DNA of 64,000 nt from Acidimicrobiia bacterium (lineage in GTDB: Bacteria > Actinomycetota > Acidimicrobiia > Acidimicrobiales > Bin134). The DNA is taken from contig VYEX01000062.1 of NCBI GenBank assembly GCA_009842675.1, positions 15,218 through 79,217 of the forward strand, read 5' to 3'. This document shows positions 45,917-53,891 of this stretch, piece by piece. How positions within the stretch are numbered: position 1 is the first letter of the stretch; the number at the start of each line of letters is the position of its first letter. Position numbers and translations under genes: made by a program. Under the pieces are notes generated by a model. That model saw only the letters and a list, made by a program, of their open reading frames with translations. It had not been told where the DNA came from and did no database searches.

Positions 45917-46129
45917 ATGCAATCAGCCATCGTCCAAATGATCTTGATCGTGGTCGGCATCGCCGCCGCGGCCATCGTGTCGATCATCGTCTACGCCCAA
46001 CTCAGCTCCAACGCCCCCGAAGACGGGGACAACATCGACAAGACGCGGATCACGACTGAAACGCTCTGCAAGGCGGTCGGAGGGACATGGACTGCTGGCT
46101 CAGGCACGAGCCCGGGTACATGCGCATAG
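45917..46129 (+). CDS. small hydrophobic-N-terminus protein, pilin-like but without a Flp G/xxxxEY leader
   Basis: Strong SD (CAGGAGAA). MQSAIVQMILIVVGIAAAAIVSIIVYAQL followed by a short soluble tail with two Cys (TLCK...GTCA). Occupies the pilin slot of the cluster. Confidence 0.5.
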   Translation: MQSAIVQMILIVVGIAAAAIVSIIVYAQLSSNAPEDGDNIDKTRITTETLCKAVGGTWTAGSGTSPGTCA

Positions 46130-46135
46130 CAGACT

Positions 46136-46537
46136 ATGACCTCCTCCCTGGTCGTCCTTCGCACGTCGGTTCTGCTGATGCTGTTGCTGGCCACCTTCAC
46201 CGGATTGTACGTGCGCCACGTCACCCGGCTGGCGGCCGACGCGGGTGCTCAGTCGGCAGCCAGCGCGGCGGTCCAGGCTGCTACCGCCGCCGGATGGCAG
46301 TGCCAAACCGCTCCCCCACCCGAGTCAGTCATTGCCGCGGCCCGAGCAGCCTGGAGTCAGATAGACCACCTCTCGGTTCAGCCGGTGGACGTGGAGGTAT
46401 CTGCCGACGCTTGCAATCTGATCACCACGGTCACCGCCGCGCCGCTGGATTCCCGGGTGTCCTCGCTGAACACCACCGCTGCCGCCTGTCGCGCCGCGGT
46501 CCGCACCGCCGTGCTGAGCGTACCCGGCTCGTGTTGA
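46136..46537 (+). CDS. TadE-like pseudopilin
   Basis: N-terminal TM (LVVLRTSVLLMLLLATFTGL), Ala-rich helix, about 130 aa, immediately after the pilin-like gene. Confidence 0.45.
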   Translation: MTSSLVVLRTSVLLMLLLATFTGLYVRHVTRLAADAGAQSAASAAVQAATAAGWQCQTAPPPESVIAAARAAWSQIDHLSVQPVDVEVSADACNLITTVTAAPLDSRVSSLNTTAAACRAAVRTAVLSVPGSC

Positions 46538-46547
46538 GGCCAACCTT

Positions 46548-46964
46548 ATGAGCGACGCCATCGCCTTCCTCCTCATCCTCCCTGCTCTGGTGCTGGGAAT
46601 CGTGGTGCTGGATGCCGCCGGGACCCTGGGAACAGCCAGATACCGGACCTCGACCTTTGCCGAGGCCGCAGCCCAACACGCCGCAGATGCCTTGGCCTCC
46701 TCCCCCGGCGAGACCGAGCCATCCGCCCGCAACCGATGGGGTGAGATGGTGGCCACAATCGAGCAGTCTGGACTGGCCGCCACCGCAGGGGTATGCGACC
46801 AGGCCGACGCCGTGTTCAACATCAGCTTGGTGTCCCAGCCGAGCCCGGCCCGCAACCCTGGCGCTTCTCCGTCGGTGGCCACCGTGGTCAGCTGCCCGGT
46901 GCCGTTGGGGGGATTGCTCGCCACCAACCGGGTTGTGGCAACCAATGTTGAATCGGTGCCGTAG
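46548..46964 (+). CDS. TadE-like pseudopilin
   Basis: MSDAIAFLLILPALVLGIVVLD resembles the TadE N-terminal motif (acidic residue followed by FALVLPVLL). Confidence 0.5.
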   Translation: MSDAIAFLLILPALVLGIVVLDAAGTLGTARYRTSTFAEAAAQHAADALASSPGETEPSARNRWGEMVATIEQSGLAATAGVCDQADAVFNISLVSQPSPARNPGASPSVATVVSCPVPLGGLLATNRVVATNVESVP

Positions 46965-46968
46965 AGCG

Positions 46969-47340
46969 ATGTACATCCCGATTGTGCTGTTGTCGCTGGG
47001 GCTGGCCGTGGCGGTGGCCACCGGATCGCTGGCCGACCATGGCAACCTGATCACCAGCCGAAATCTGGCCGCCATGAGAGCTGAACGGGCCGCAGACGCC
47101 TTCATCGACGGGTGCGGTGGTGGGGGATGCCGTGCCAGCGCGGTCAACACAACCCGCCTCGACGGCACCAGGTTGTCTGGGTGCATCCAGATAGTCGAAG
47201 GCAACCTGGTCCTGCGAGTCGAAGGGCAAGTCCCCTGGAGTCCCCGAGTGTTCACCGGCTTAACACCGGCTTCCGCGGTGACCGCGGTTCAACTTGGAGG
47301 TTTCGGACCTTCAGCGACAACGGTGTTGGCGTCGTGCTGA
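46969..47340 (+). CDS. TadE/TadG-like pseudopilin (third)
   Basis: ATG at 46969, 4 nt after the upstream stop. N-terminal TM (MYIPIVLLSLGLAVAVATGSL). 123 aa. The longer track ORF from 46612 overlaps the previous gene. Confidence 0.4.
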   Translation: MYIPIVLLSLGLAVAVATGSLADHGNLITSRNLAAMRAERAADAFIDGCGGGGCRASAVNTTRLDGTRLSGCIQIVEGNLVLRVEGQVPWSPRVFTGLTPASAVTAVQLGGFGPSATTVLASC

Positions 47341-47417
47341 CCTTGTCCGATGCACCACACAACCGGCGACCGCCAGCAGTTCTGAATGCACACGCTCATG
47401 CGGTAGCGTGACCGCCG

Positions 47418-48647
47418 GTGTCTCGAAGGATAGATATTGAGCTGACCAGCCAACGGCCCGATGGCTCTTGGACCTGGCGGGCCGCCGGTGCCCGCGAGCC
47501 CAAGGGCGAACTGGCCGGCGATCTGATTGCCTTCTCCGCCAATGTGGGTGACGAGCTGACCGTCGAGGCCGAGTTCCACATGGACGGCATCGAGATCATC
47601 GAGGCATTCGAGTCCAAGAAGAAGCGTCCCATGCCCGAAACTCTCGAGATTCTGGGCTCCGGTAGGGATCAACCCCTCGTAACCACCCAACTGGTGCCTA
47701 GCCGCAAGAGTCGAGACCGTGATCGCCCACGGGGTGACCGCCGGGGTCGTCAGGATCGACGCAGCCGAGGCGACCGAAAAGAGCGTGATCACCAAGAGTC
47801 TCGCCGCCAGGACGATCGCCCCAAGGCCAAGCGACTGCGCCCGGGTCGAACCCACCGCCAAGCGCTTATCGAAGACCTGCCCGAAGATCAACAGTCGGTA
47901 GCGGAGCGGATGGTTCGCGAGGGCGTCAGCTCGGTAGAGCAGGCCCTGCGTGACCAGCGTAAGAAGGCCCGCGATGCCGCCAAGGCCAAAAAGGAGGCCG
48001 CCCAAAAGGCCGCCAAAGAAGCCGAATCCCCCCAAACAGAACCAGCCGATGACTTCTTGAGTGCGGCCGGCAAACTGCTGCCTCGCATGCGCGCCGCGGA
48101 GTGGCGTGATCGGGCTGACGCTGCGCTGGCCGGCATCGACGAGATCGACCTGCGCGATCTCCGCTCGGTGGTGGTAGCCGCCGAGGCCGGAGCGGCCGAT
48201 GAGGAGGCTAAAGCACTGGCTGAAGAGCTCCGCACCAAGCTCACCGAGCGGGTCGACCGAGAGCACGCCGAATGGCTGGCCGAAGTGGCCGCCACGCTGG
48301 CCGATGGCCGCATGGTCCGAGCCTTGCGGCTTAGCTCTCGACCCCCCAAGGCCGGGGTGCCCCTCCCCCAGGACATGGTCACCCGGCTGACAGACGCAGC
48401 CAGCGCCGCTTTGACCAGCGATACGCCAACAAAGCGCTGGACTACTGTCCTCGGCGCGGTTGCGTTCTCACCGGTGCGCCGGACTGTGCAGCCTCAGGGC
48501 ATACCGGAGAAGCCCGACAAGGAGTTGCTGGCTGAGGTAACCAAGCTCTCCGAGCGGGTTCCCCACATTGCGGCCTTGTTCGGGGTGGAGCCCACTCCGC
48601 CACCCAAGCGCGGTCGTCGGGGTGCGGGGAAGCAGGCCTCTACCTAG
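47418..48647 (+). CDS. conserved hypothetical protein with an Arg/Asp-rich low-complexity centre
   Basis: Strong GC3 bias on the + strand (the 325-aa antisense ORF is rejected). The N-terminal domain RIDIELTSQRPDGSWTWRAAG is followed by SRKSRDRDRPRGDRRGRQDRRSRGDRKERD and a Lys/Ala/Glu-rich helix. Confidence 0.6.
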   Translation: MSRRIDIELTSQRPDGSWTWRAAGAREPKGELAGDLIAFSANVGDELTVEAEFHMDGIEIIEAFESKKKRPMPETLEILGSGRDQPLVTTQLVPSRKSRDRDRPRGDRRGRQDRRSRGDRKERDHQESRRQDDRPKAKRLRPGRTHRQALIEDLPEDQQSVAERMVREGVSSVEQALRDQRKKARDAAKAKKEAAQKAAKEAESPQTEPADDFLSAAGKLLPRMRAAEWRDRADAALAGIDEIDLRDLRSVVVAAEAGAADEEAKALAEELRTKLTERVDREHAEWLAEVAATLADGRMVRALRLSSRPPKAGVPLPQDMVTRLTDAASAALTSDTPTKRWTTVLGAVAFSPVRRTVQPQGIPEKPDKELLAEVTKLSERVPHIAALFGVEPTPPPKRGRRGAGKQAST

Positions 48648-49038
48648 GTATCACCTTGTGGTCGGCCAGAAACTGGTGCAGACCGTCAACCAAGTCCCAA
48701 TTTCCAAGCTCTTCGAAAGACACCCAAGCGGCGTCCGATGCATCGGTGCCAGCCACGGGGATCGCGTCGGGGTCAACTGCCACCCAGAAGTCCACCACCA
48801 CATAGTGACGGCGCCGGCCGATCAGTTCGATCCAGCCCACGGCCTCTCCCACTTCACCATCCAAGCCCGTTTCCTCTTTCAATTCCCTTTGGGCGGCATC
48901 AGCCAGCGTCTCTCCCTGCTGCACCCGGCCGCCGGGTACCGACCACAAACCCTCACCCGGTGGGGTGCCTCGACGGATGAGCAAAATGGAGCCGTCGCAC
49001 ACCGCCACTGCGCCAACGCACAGCTCTGGCCCGCTCAT
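48640..49038 (-). CDS. NUDIX hydrolase
   Basis: Exact Nudix box GRVQQGETLADAAQRELKEETGL (Gx5Ex7REUxEExGU). Confidence 0.85.
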   Translation of the reverse strand: MSGPELCVGAVAVCDGSILLIRRGTPPGEGLWSVPGGRVQQGETLADAAQRELKEETGLDGEVGEAVGWIELIGRRRHYVVVDFWVAVDPDAIPVAGTDASDAAWVSFEELGNWDLVDGLHQFLADHKVIPR

Positions 49039-49535
49039 GTCTCTTGGTCTTGATCAATGCCGGTGTGGACGATCAGGGCATGGGCCGTCATCTTGAAAGT
49101 CTCAAAGAAGTTCTTGGCCTCGCGGTGACCTGGCAGCACAAATGCGTCCATCGCCGTCAACTGCTCCTCTCGGGCCCATTTCGCCAGGGCATTGAACAAC
49201 GACTCCCCCACGCCTACCGACCGGGCCTCTGGGGTAACGAACAACTCCTCAATCCGGGCAATGGGCGATCCGTCTTGACGGACTATCCGACGAGCCCAGC
49301 TATACCCCACCACAGCATCCTCCCAGACGCCGGCAAACACGACCGCCCCAGGGTCGGCCATCAGCTCCTCTAAGTAGCCTTCCAGCGGCTCCGGGGCAGC
49401 TTCGGTGGCCATCCAGCGCTCCCCTCCTCGGTAGTCCCGAGCCTCGCGACGGGCTTCTCGGGCCAAGTCGGCAACGGCGCCAATGTCTCCGCGGCGGGCT
49501 AGCCGGGTTGTGCCTTGCTTTGGCCGCTCACCCAC
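49035..49535 (-). CDS. GNAT-family N-acetyltransferase
   Basis: Acetyl-CoA loop VTPEARSVGVGESLFNAL. 166 aa. ATGA overlap with the Nudix gene. Confidence 0.8.
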   Translation of the reverse strand: MGERPKQGTTRLARRGDIGAVADLAREARREARDYRGGERWMATEAAPEPLEGYLEELMADPGAVVFAGVWEDAVVGYSWARRIVRQDGSPIARIEELFVTPEARSVGVGESLFNALAKWAREEQLTAMDAFVLPGHREAKNFFETFKMTAHALIVHTGIDQDQET

Positions 49536-49538
49536 CGC

Positions 49539-49772
49539 TCAGCCTGACTTCGGATCAGCCGTGTTATCGCTCGACTCTGGCGGCGTCGTAGCGTGGCCCA
49601 AGGCCATGCGACCAAGTAAGCGCGCCGCCTCCACCTGACGCCGACCCCGCGCCGCCAACTCAGAGGGGGGCGTACCTGCCGAGAGGAGCAGCCCCACGGG
49701 GGCATAGAGGACGGCGTCCAGCAGCCGGTCCAGCGCTTCTCGAGAGGACTCGGCGCTATCAGTAGAGCTCAC
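49539..49772 (-). CDS. small hypothetical protein (77 aa from a GTG overlapping the upstream stop)
   Basis: GTG at 49772 overlaps the DUF4193-like stop (GTGA). The track version (to 49880) would overlap that gene by 112 nt. No family recognised. Confidence 0.35.
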   Translation of the reverse strand: MSSTDSAESSREALDRLLDAVLYAPVGLLLSAGTPPSELAARGRRQVEAARLLGRMALGHATTPPESSDNTADPKSG

Positions 49773-50260
49773 AGCCGGACCAGCGATGGGCAAGGCTCCT
49801 CCCCCGATGGGCAACGGGGATTGTCGCGGGGCCCGAACTGGCTCGAGCTGACGATGAGAAAACACCCTTCGCAGGTCCACTCGTTGTCACGTTTGGGCGC
49901 GACCTGACCTGAGGCTTCTGGGGATGGATCAGGCGTCTCTTCGTCCTCGTCCTCATCGTCTCCCGCCGCCAGTCGATCCTTCAGAATTGTGTCGAGGTCG
50001 GCCTCCACATTGTCGGGATCAATGTCCTCGCCATCGCCGTCCTCGTCATCGGACATGGTTGCATTTCGAACCGGACCGTTCTTGCTGCTCTCTTCCTCTT
50101 CTTCGATTTCCTCTTCGAGGTCGTCGTCGATCTCGCCGTCTTCGAGGACGTCTTCGAATTCCTCATCGAGGTCGTCGCCAATTTCGTCGCCGAGATCGTC
50201 GATGTTTCCATCCTCGAACTCCTCGTCCGGAATCTCGTCGTGTTCGTCAGGGTCTGTCAT
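49769..50260 (-). CDS. DUF4193-like zinc-ribbon protein with a hyper-acidic N-terminal region
   Basis: GAGGAGG SD upstream. About 110 N-terminal residues are dominated by D/E. C-terminal WTCEGCFLIVSSSQF...RCPSGEEPC (CxxC...Cx6C). The family name is from memory. Confidence 0.6.
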   Translation of the reverse strand: MTDPDEHDEIPDEEFEDGNIDDLGDEIGDDLDEEFEDVLEDGEIDDDLEEEIEEEEESSKNGPVRNATMSDDEDGDGEDIDPDNVEADLDTILKDRLAAGDDEDEDEETPDPSPEASGQVAPKRDNEWTCEGCFLIVSSSQFGPRDNPRCPSGEEPCPSLVRL

Positions 50261-50376
50261 GCTCCCCTGCTACCTCCTCAGGCATACCGATCAGCGCGGA
50301 TCATAGACACCCTTACCCCGGCCATGTGCGGTCTTCCTGGAAGAAACATTTTCTCATCCGAATGGAGCTCTCGGGC

Positions 50377-51993
50377 TCAAGCCCGTTCTCGTACTTGACG
50401 CCGCTCCTCGGCGCGGCGCTCAGCATCAAGACGGCCCAGCGGAGGCTCTTCGCTGAGATCCACAAATCTCATCATTTCTGCCACCGCGGCGTGGCCGGCC
50501 TCGTCGCGAATCAGACGCCACATCTCTTGCCCGATCCCTCGGTACACCGAATGGCCTTGAGGAGTGGTGCGCAATTCGATTAGGTGCATCGCCGCCCGAG
50601 CATTGATGCCCATGACGAAGCGCACCTTGTAGGCAAAGCTCACTGCATACGAAGCCTGCTCCGGGAAGTCCCGATCAAGAATGTCGTACAGAGCGGCCGA
50701 TCGCTCCATAACCTCGTCGAAGACCGGGGTACACCCCGCAGCTTCCACCGATTCGGGACGAGTGAACCCGTGTCGGGGACTGAGCTTCTGCCATTCCAGG
50801 GTCAGCATGCGATGCCGTTGCAGGTCCCGGAAGGCGCCGTAGTCCGCCAGAACGTCGAACCGGTAGAAGGGCCGTTCCAAGGCCCGTCCCGGCTTGTGAC
50901 GCCGATTGCTCCGGTCGCCCACGTAGGCGTGCACCACCGACAGACGGTCTTCCACCCCCATCGCCTCAACCTCCCGCTCCAGCTGTTCCTCGGGCAGGTG
51001 GGTATAGGGATACAGCATGGAAGCCACCATCTTCTCTTCTGCATCCGGGTCGTAATCCACCAGGCGAACGGTCGGGGCATTGTCAGCAGCCAGGTCGGCC
51101 GGCAGTAGAAAGTCGACCACGCTCTCCATCGACTCCTGAACGTCGCCCATATAACGGGTCCATGCCACTCCCCGATCCTCCAGGTCCACCCGCTTGAGGA
51201 AGGACGGAATGACCTTGCGCAGCTCGGTCAGCATCAAATCGGCATAGGCCTGAACCTCGGGGAGCTCATGAGCCCGCATCCGTAGCAGCAACAGCTCATA
51301 CGACTGACCGGTGCCGTAAATGCCCACGTTGGAAACCGTCGCCGCCGGGAGCACCCCCCGAACCGAATCCAGTGCCTTGGCCCGAATCGCCTGCCGATAG
51401 GCGAAATCGGAAGAATCTGGATCCCTTGGGGTGTGCTGGCGGAAGAACTCGGTCAGAGCGGGAAGGAGTTCGCCATAGGCCTCGAACATCCGATCCATGT
51501 CGCCCACGTAGCGGCCCGACAGGGGCGACTCTCCGACCTCGGGATCGCGGTAGTACCGGTAACGGCCCCCGATGCGGGCCAGGTAATCGATGTACCGGGT
51601 GGACTGCTCCAAGTACGACATCAGGCGACCCCACTCGAGCACCTTGGTCAAGATGTTGGACGCTTGCTCGCAGGCCAGGTGGACACCGCCCAACTGGGCC
51701 ACCGAGTCATCCCCGTACTCGAAGAAGACCCGGTCGTACAGTTCCTCGGCCCGCCGAAGTCCCACAGTGGCATCAATGGTGACATCGCCGCTGATGTCCA
51801 GCTCGCCGACGAACTCGTCCAAGAACAGCCGCCGAAGTGATTTCGCTGAACGGCTGTAGCGCGCGAACAGCGCTCCCTTGACCACCTCCGGCAGGTTCAC
51901 CAGGGCGAAAACCGGCTGATCCAAATTGGTGAAATACCGGCGGAGGATGTCCTCCTCATCAGCGGTGAACTGCTCGGCGACGTACTGGCTCAT
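50377..51993 (-). CDS. ThyX (Thy1)-family protein, long 538-aa form
   Basis: ALFARYSRS and DLQRHRMLTLEWQ motifs resemble flavin-dependent thymidylate synthase. The length is roughly twice that of canonical ThyX. Confidence 0.55.
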   Translation of the reverse strand: MSQYVAEQFTADEEDILRRYFTNLDQPVFALVNLPEVVKGALFARYSRSAKSLRRLFLDEFVGELDISGDVTIDATVGLRRAEELYDRVFFEYGDDSVAQLGGVHLACEQASNILTKVLEWGRLMSYLEQSTRYIDYLARIGGRYRYYRDPEVGESPLSGRYVGDMDRMFEAYGELLPALTEFFRQHTPRDPDSSDFAYRQAIRAKALDSVRGVLPAATVSNVGIYGTGQSYELLLLRMRAHELPEVQAYADLMLTELRKVIPSFLKRVDLEDRGVAWTRYMGDVQESMESVVDFLLPADLAADNAPTVRLVDYDPDAEEKMVASMLYPYTHLPEEQLEREVEAMGVEDRLSVVHAYVGDRSNRRHKPGRALERPFYRFDVLADYGAFRDLQRHRMLTLEWQKLSPRHGFTRPESVEAAGCTPVFDEVMERSAALYDILDRDFPEQASYAVSFAYKVRFVMGINARAAMHLIELRTTPQGHSVYRGIGQEMWRLIRDEAGHAAVAEMMRFVDLSEEPPLGRLDAERRAEERRQVRERA

Positions 51994-52040
51994 CTCATGA
52001 GACCTGTCGCTGATTGGAGTTCAGCGGCGGAGACAACATC

Positions 52041-53252
52041 TCAGGCCCGGGCATGGGCCAACTCTTCGGCCGCCCGATCAAGGACGTCAGGATAAAGCCA
52101 AAGATCTGCGACCGTCATGGCCATAATCTTCGCCCCGTCGAGCACCGCTTGATCACCGCTCGGTGATTTCGCATAGTGGGCAAACTCCGGGGTGTGGATG
52201 GCCACATCATCGGGGGCCGCCTTGATCATGGGATGGATCGAAGGTACGGCGTAGCTGACGTTTCCCATGTCGGTGCTGCCCACCACCGAGTGTGAGGATT
52301 GCGGCTGGCTTACCACCCTTCCCGCAGCCGCGGCATTTAGGGCGTAGAGCTCCAGCATGGTTTCGCTGTTGATCATGTCGGCGTAGATGGGCGCTTTGCA
52401 CTGGCACTCGATATCGACCCCGGCGGCAGTGGCACCGGCCTCAAGACAGGCCACCACCCTCTCTCGCAACTCAGCCAGGCTGTCGAGTTTTGGTGATCTG
52501 ACGTACCACTCCGCGGCCGCCTCGTGGGGAACAATGTTCGGCTTGTCACCTGCTCGGGTGAAAATGCCGTGGATGCGCTCGTCGGGCCGTATGTGCTGAC
52601 GAAGTGCGGCCACATTCATGTACCCCAACACCGCGCCGTCGAGGGCGTTTCGCCCCTTATGGGGCGCGGCAGACGCATGGGCTGTCTGGCCGGAGTAGGT
52701 CACCTCCAATTGCTCCACCGCGATGGCACTCATAAAGGTGAGCTCGTGGTTGGCGGGATGGACCATCATGGCCGCTTCGACCCCGTCGAAGGCGCCCCGC
52801 TCAAGCAGGTAGCACTTGCCTCCGCCGCCCTCCTCCGCGGGTGTACCGATAATGCTGACCCGTCCTCCGAGTCTGTCGGCCATAGCCGCCGCGGCCAACC
52901 CGGCCCCCAATCCAGCGGCGGCGATCACGTTGTGACCGCAGGCGTGTCCGATCTCGGGCAGGGCATCGTATTCGCAGATCACCGCAATGTGTGGCCCGTC
53001 TCGGCCAGCCCTAGCCACGAAAGCCGTATCCAAGTCGTAAGCCGACCGCTCCACCTCAAGGCCTTCGTCTTCCAAGACGGTGCACAACAAGTCGTGGGCG
53101 GCATGCTCCTCAAAGCAGAGTTCAGGGGTCTCGTGGATCTGGTGGGAGACGCTGAGCAGACGGGCTGCTCGAACATCCACCTCCGAGGCCATCTGCTGCT
53201 TGGCCACATCGGGTGTCACGGGCCGAATGCTAGTGGCCTTCCTGTCCCCCAT
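52041..53252 (-). CDS. M20-family amidohydrolase/peptidase (M20D, AbgB-like)
   Basis: ETPELCFEEH, CEYDALPEIGHACGHN, GTPAEEGGGGK. The internal ATG at 53252 avoids overlap with the upstream gene. Confidence 0.8.
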   Translation of the reverse strand: MGDRKATSIRPVTPDVAKQQMASEVDVRAARLLSVSHQIHETPELCFEEHAAHDLLCTVLEDEGLEVERSAYDLDTAFVARAGRDGPHIAVICEYDALPEIGHACGHNVIAAAGLGAGLAAAAMADRLGGRVSIIGTPAEEGGGGKCYLLERGAFDGVEAAMMVHPANHELTFMSAIAVEQLEVTYSGQTAHASAAPHKGRNALDGAVLGYMNVAALRQHIRPDERIHGIFTRAGDKPNIVPHEAAAEWYVRSPKLDSLAELRERVVACLEAGATAAGVDIECQCKAPIYADMINSETMLELYALNAAAAGRVVSQPQSSHSVVGSTDMGNVSYAVPSIHPMIKAAPDDVAIHTPEFAHYAKSPSGDQAVLDGAKIMAMTVADLWLYPDVLDRAAEELAHARA

Positions 53253-53274
53253 TGCGTATCTGCCACTGCGGTGA

Positions 53275-53886
53275 TCAGACCACCACGGTGAGCGCGGCCG
53301 GCTCCACCCGGATAGACACATTGGAGGCCCGCTGAACCGGCTCCCCGTCCAACTCCACCATCAACGGCCCCTGGAACTCGACCTGGAACGCCCCCGTACG
53401 ATGGCACCGAATTTGGGGGTGGGGCAGGTGGTCTCCAGTGCCGACCCTTCGCAGGGCTCGCAGCCGATCCCCGGTCGACAAGTGCCCGTGGGAGATGTCC
53501 AGCAGTCCATCGCCTGGGTGGGCTTTGGGACCCAGATTCCAAGTCCCTCGCCAAGCCGCATTCATGGCCACGAGAGCCTCGCCAGCCCACCCCTTCCTCC
53601 GGGCAACAAGATGGGCGCAGAACCAGAACAAACGACCGTCCAGCAATACGGCCCCCAGATCCACATCGAACCGCCACGCTTCCAGCGAGCGAATGGCGTC
53701 GGCATCGCCCCGACCTCCGAGCGTGCGACACAGATCTCCTCCCAGCAGTCCGAGTTCGGGAAGCGGGCGATTGGTCCGGCGTGCCTCCTCTATCAGCCTT
53801 CGGGCCTCGGCATCGTTGTCAACTAGCACGCCGTTGGGTCCCAAGCCGCCGGTTTCACCCCAGTCCTCCCCTCGACGGATTGGCAT
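53275..53886 (-). CDS. hypothetical protein resembling the C-terminal part of DAGK/YegS-type lipid kinases
   Basis: HPGDGLLDI...LRALRRVGTGDHL...VELDGEPV pattern. No clear GGDGT catalytic loop. Confidence 0.35.
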   Translation of the reverse strand: MPIRRGEDWGETGGLGPNGVLVDNDAEARRLIEEARRTNRPLPELGLLGGDLCRTLGGRGDADAIRSLEAWRFDVDLGAVLLDGRLFWFCAHLVARRKGWAGEALVAMNAAWRGTWNLGPKAHPGDGLLDISHGHLSTGDRLRALRRVGTGDHLPHPQIRCHRTGAFQVEFQGPLMVELDGEPVQRASNVSIRVEPAALTVVV

Positions 53887-53891
53887 ATCGC

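Noticed and set aside
47289-48266. 325-aa minus-strand ORF.
   Set aside because: It is antisense to 47418-48647. The plus-strand frame has clear GC3 bias and a structured N-terminal domain, while the minus-strand product is low-complexity L/G/R-rich.
49035-49772. Small ORF plus GNAT as a TacA/TacT-type toxin-antitoxin pair.
   Set aside because: The gene order and sizes fit superficially. However, the small protein shows no RHH/DUF1778-like features that I can recognise, the GNAT looks like an ordinary acetyltransferase, and the pair is embedded in a four-gene operon with a Nudix gene.
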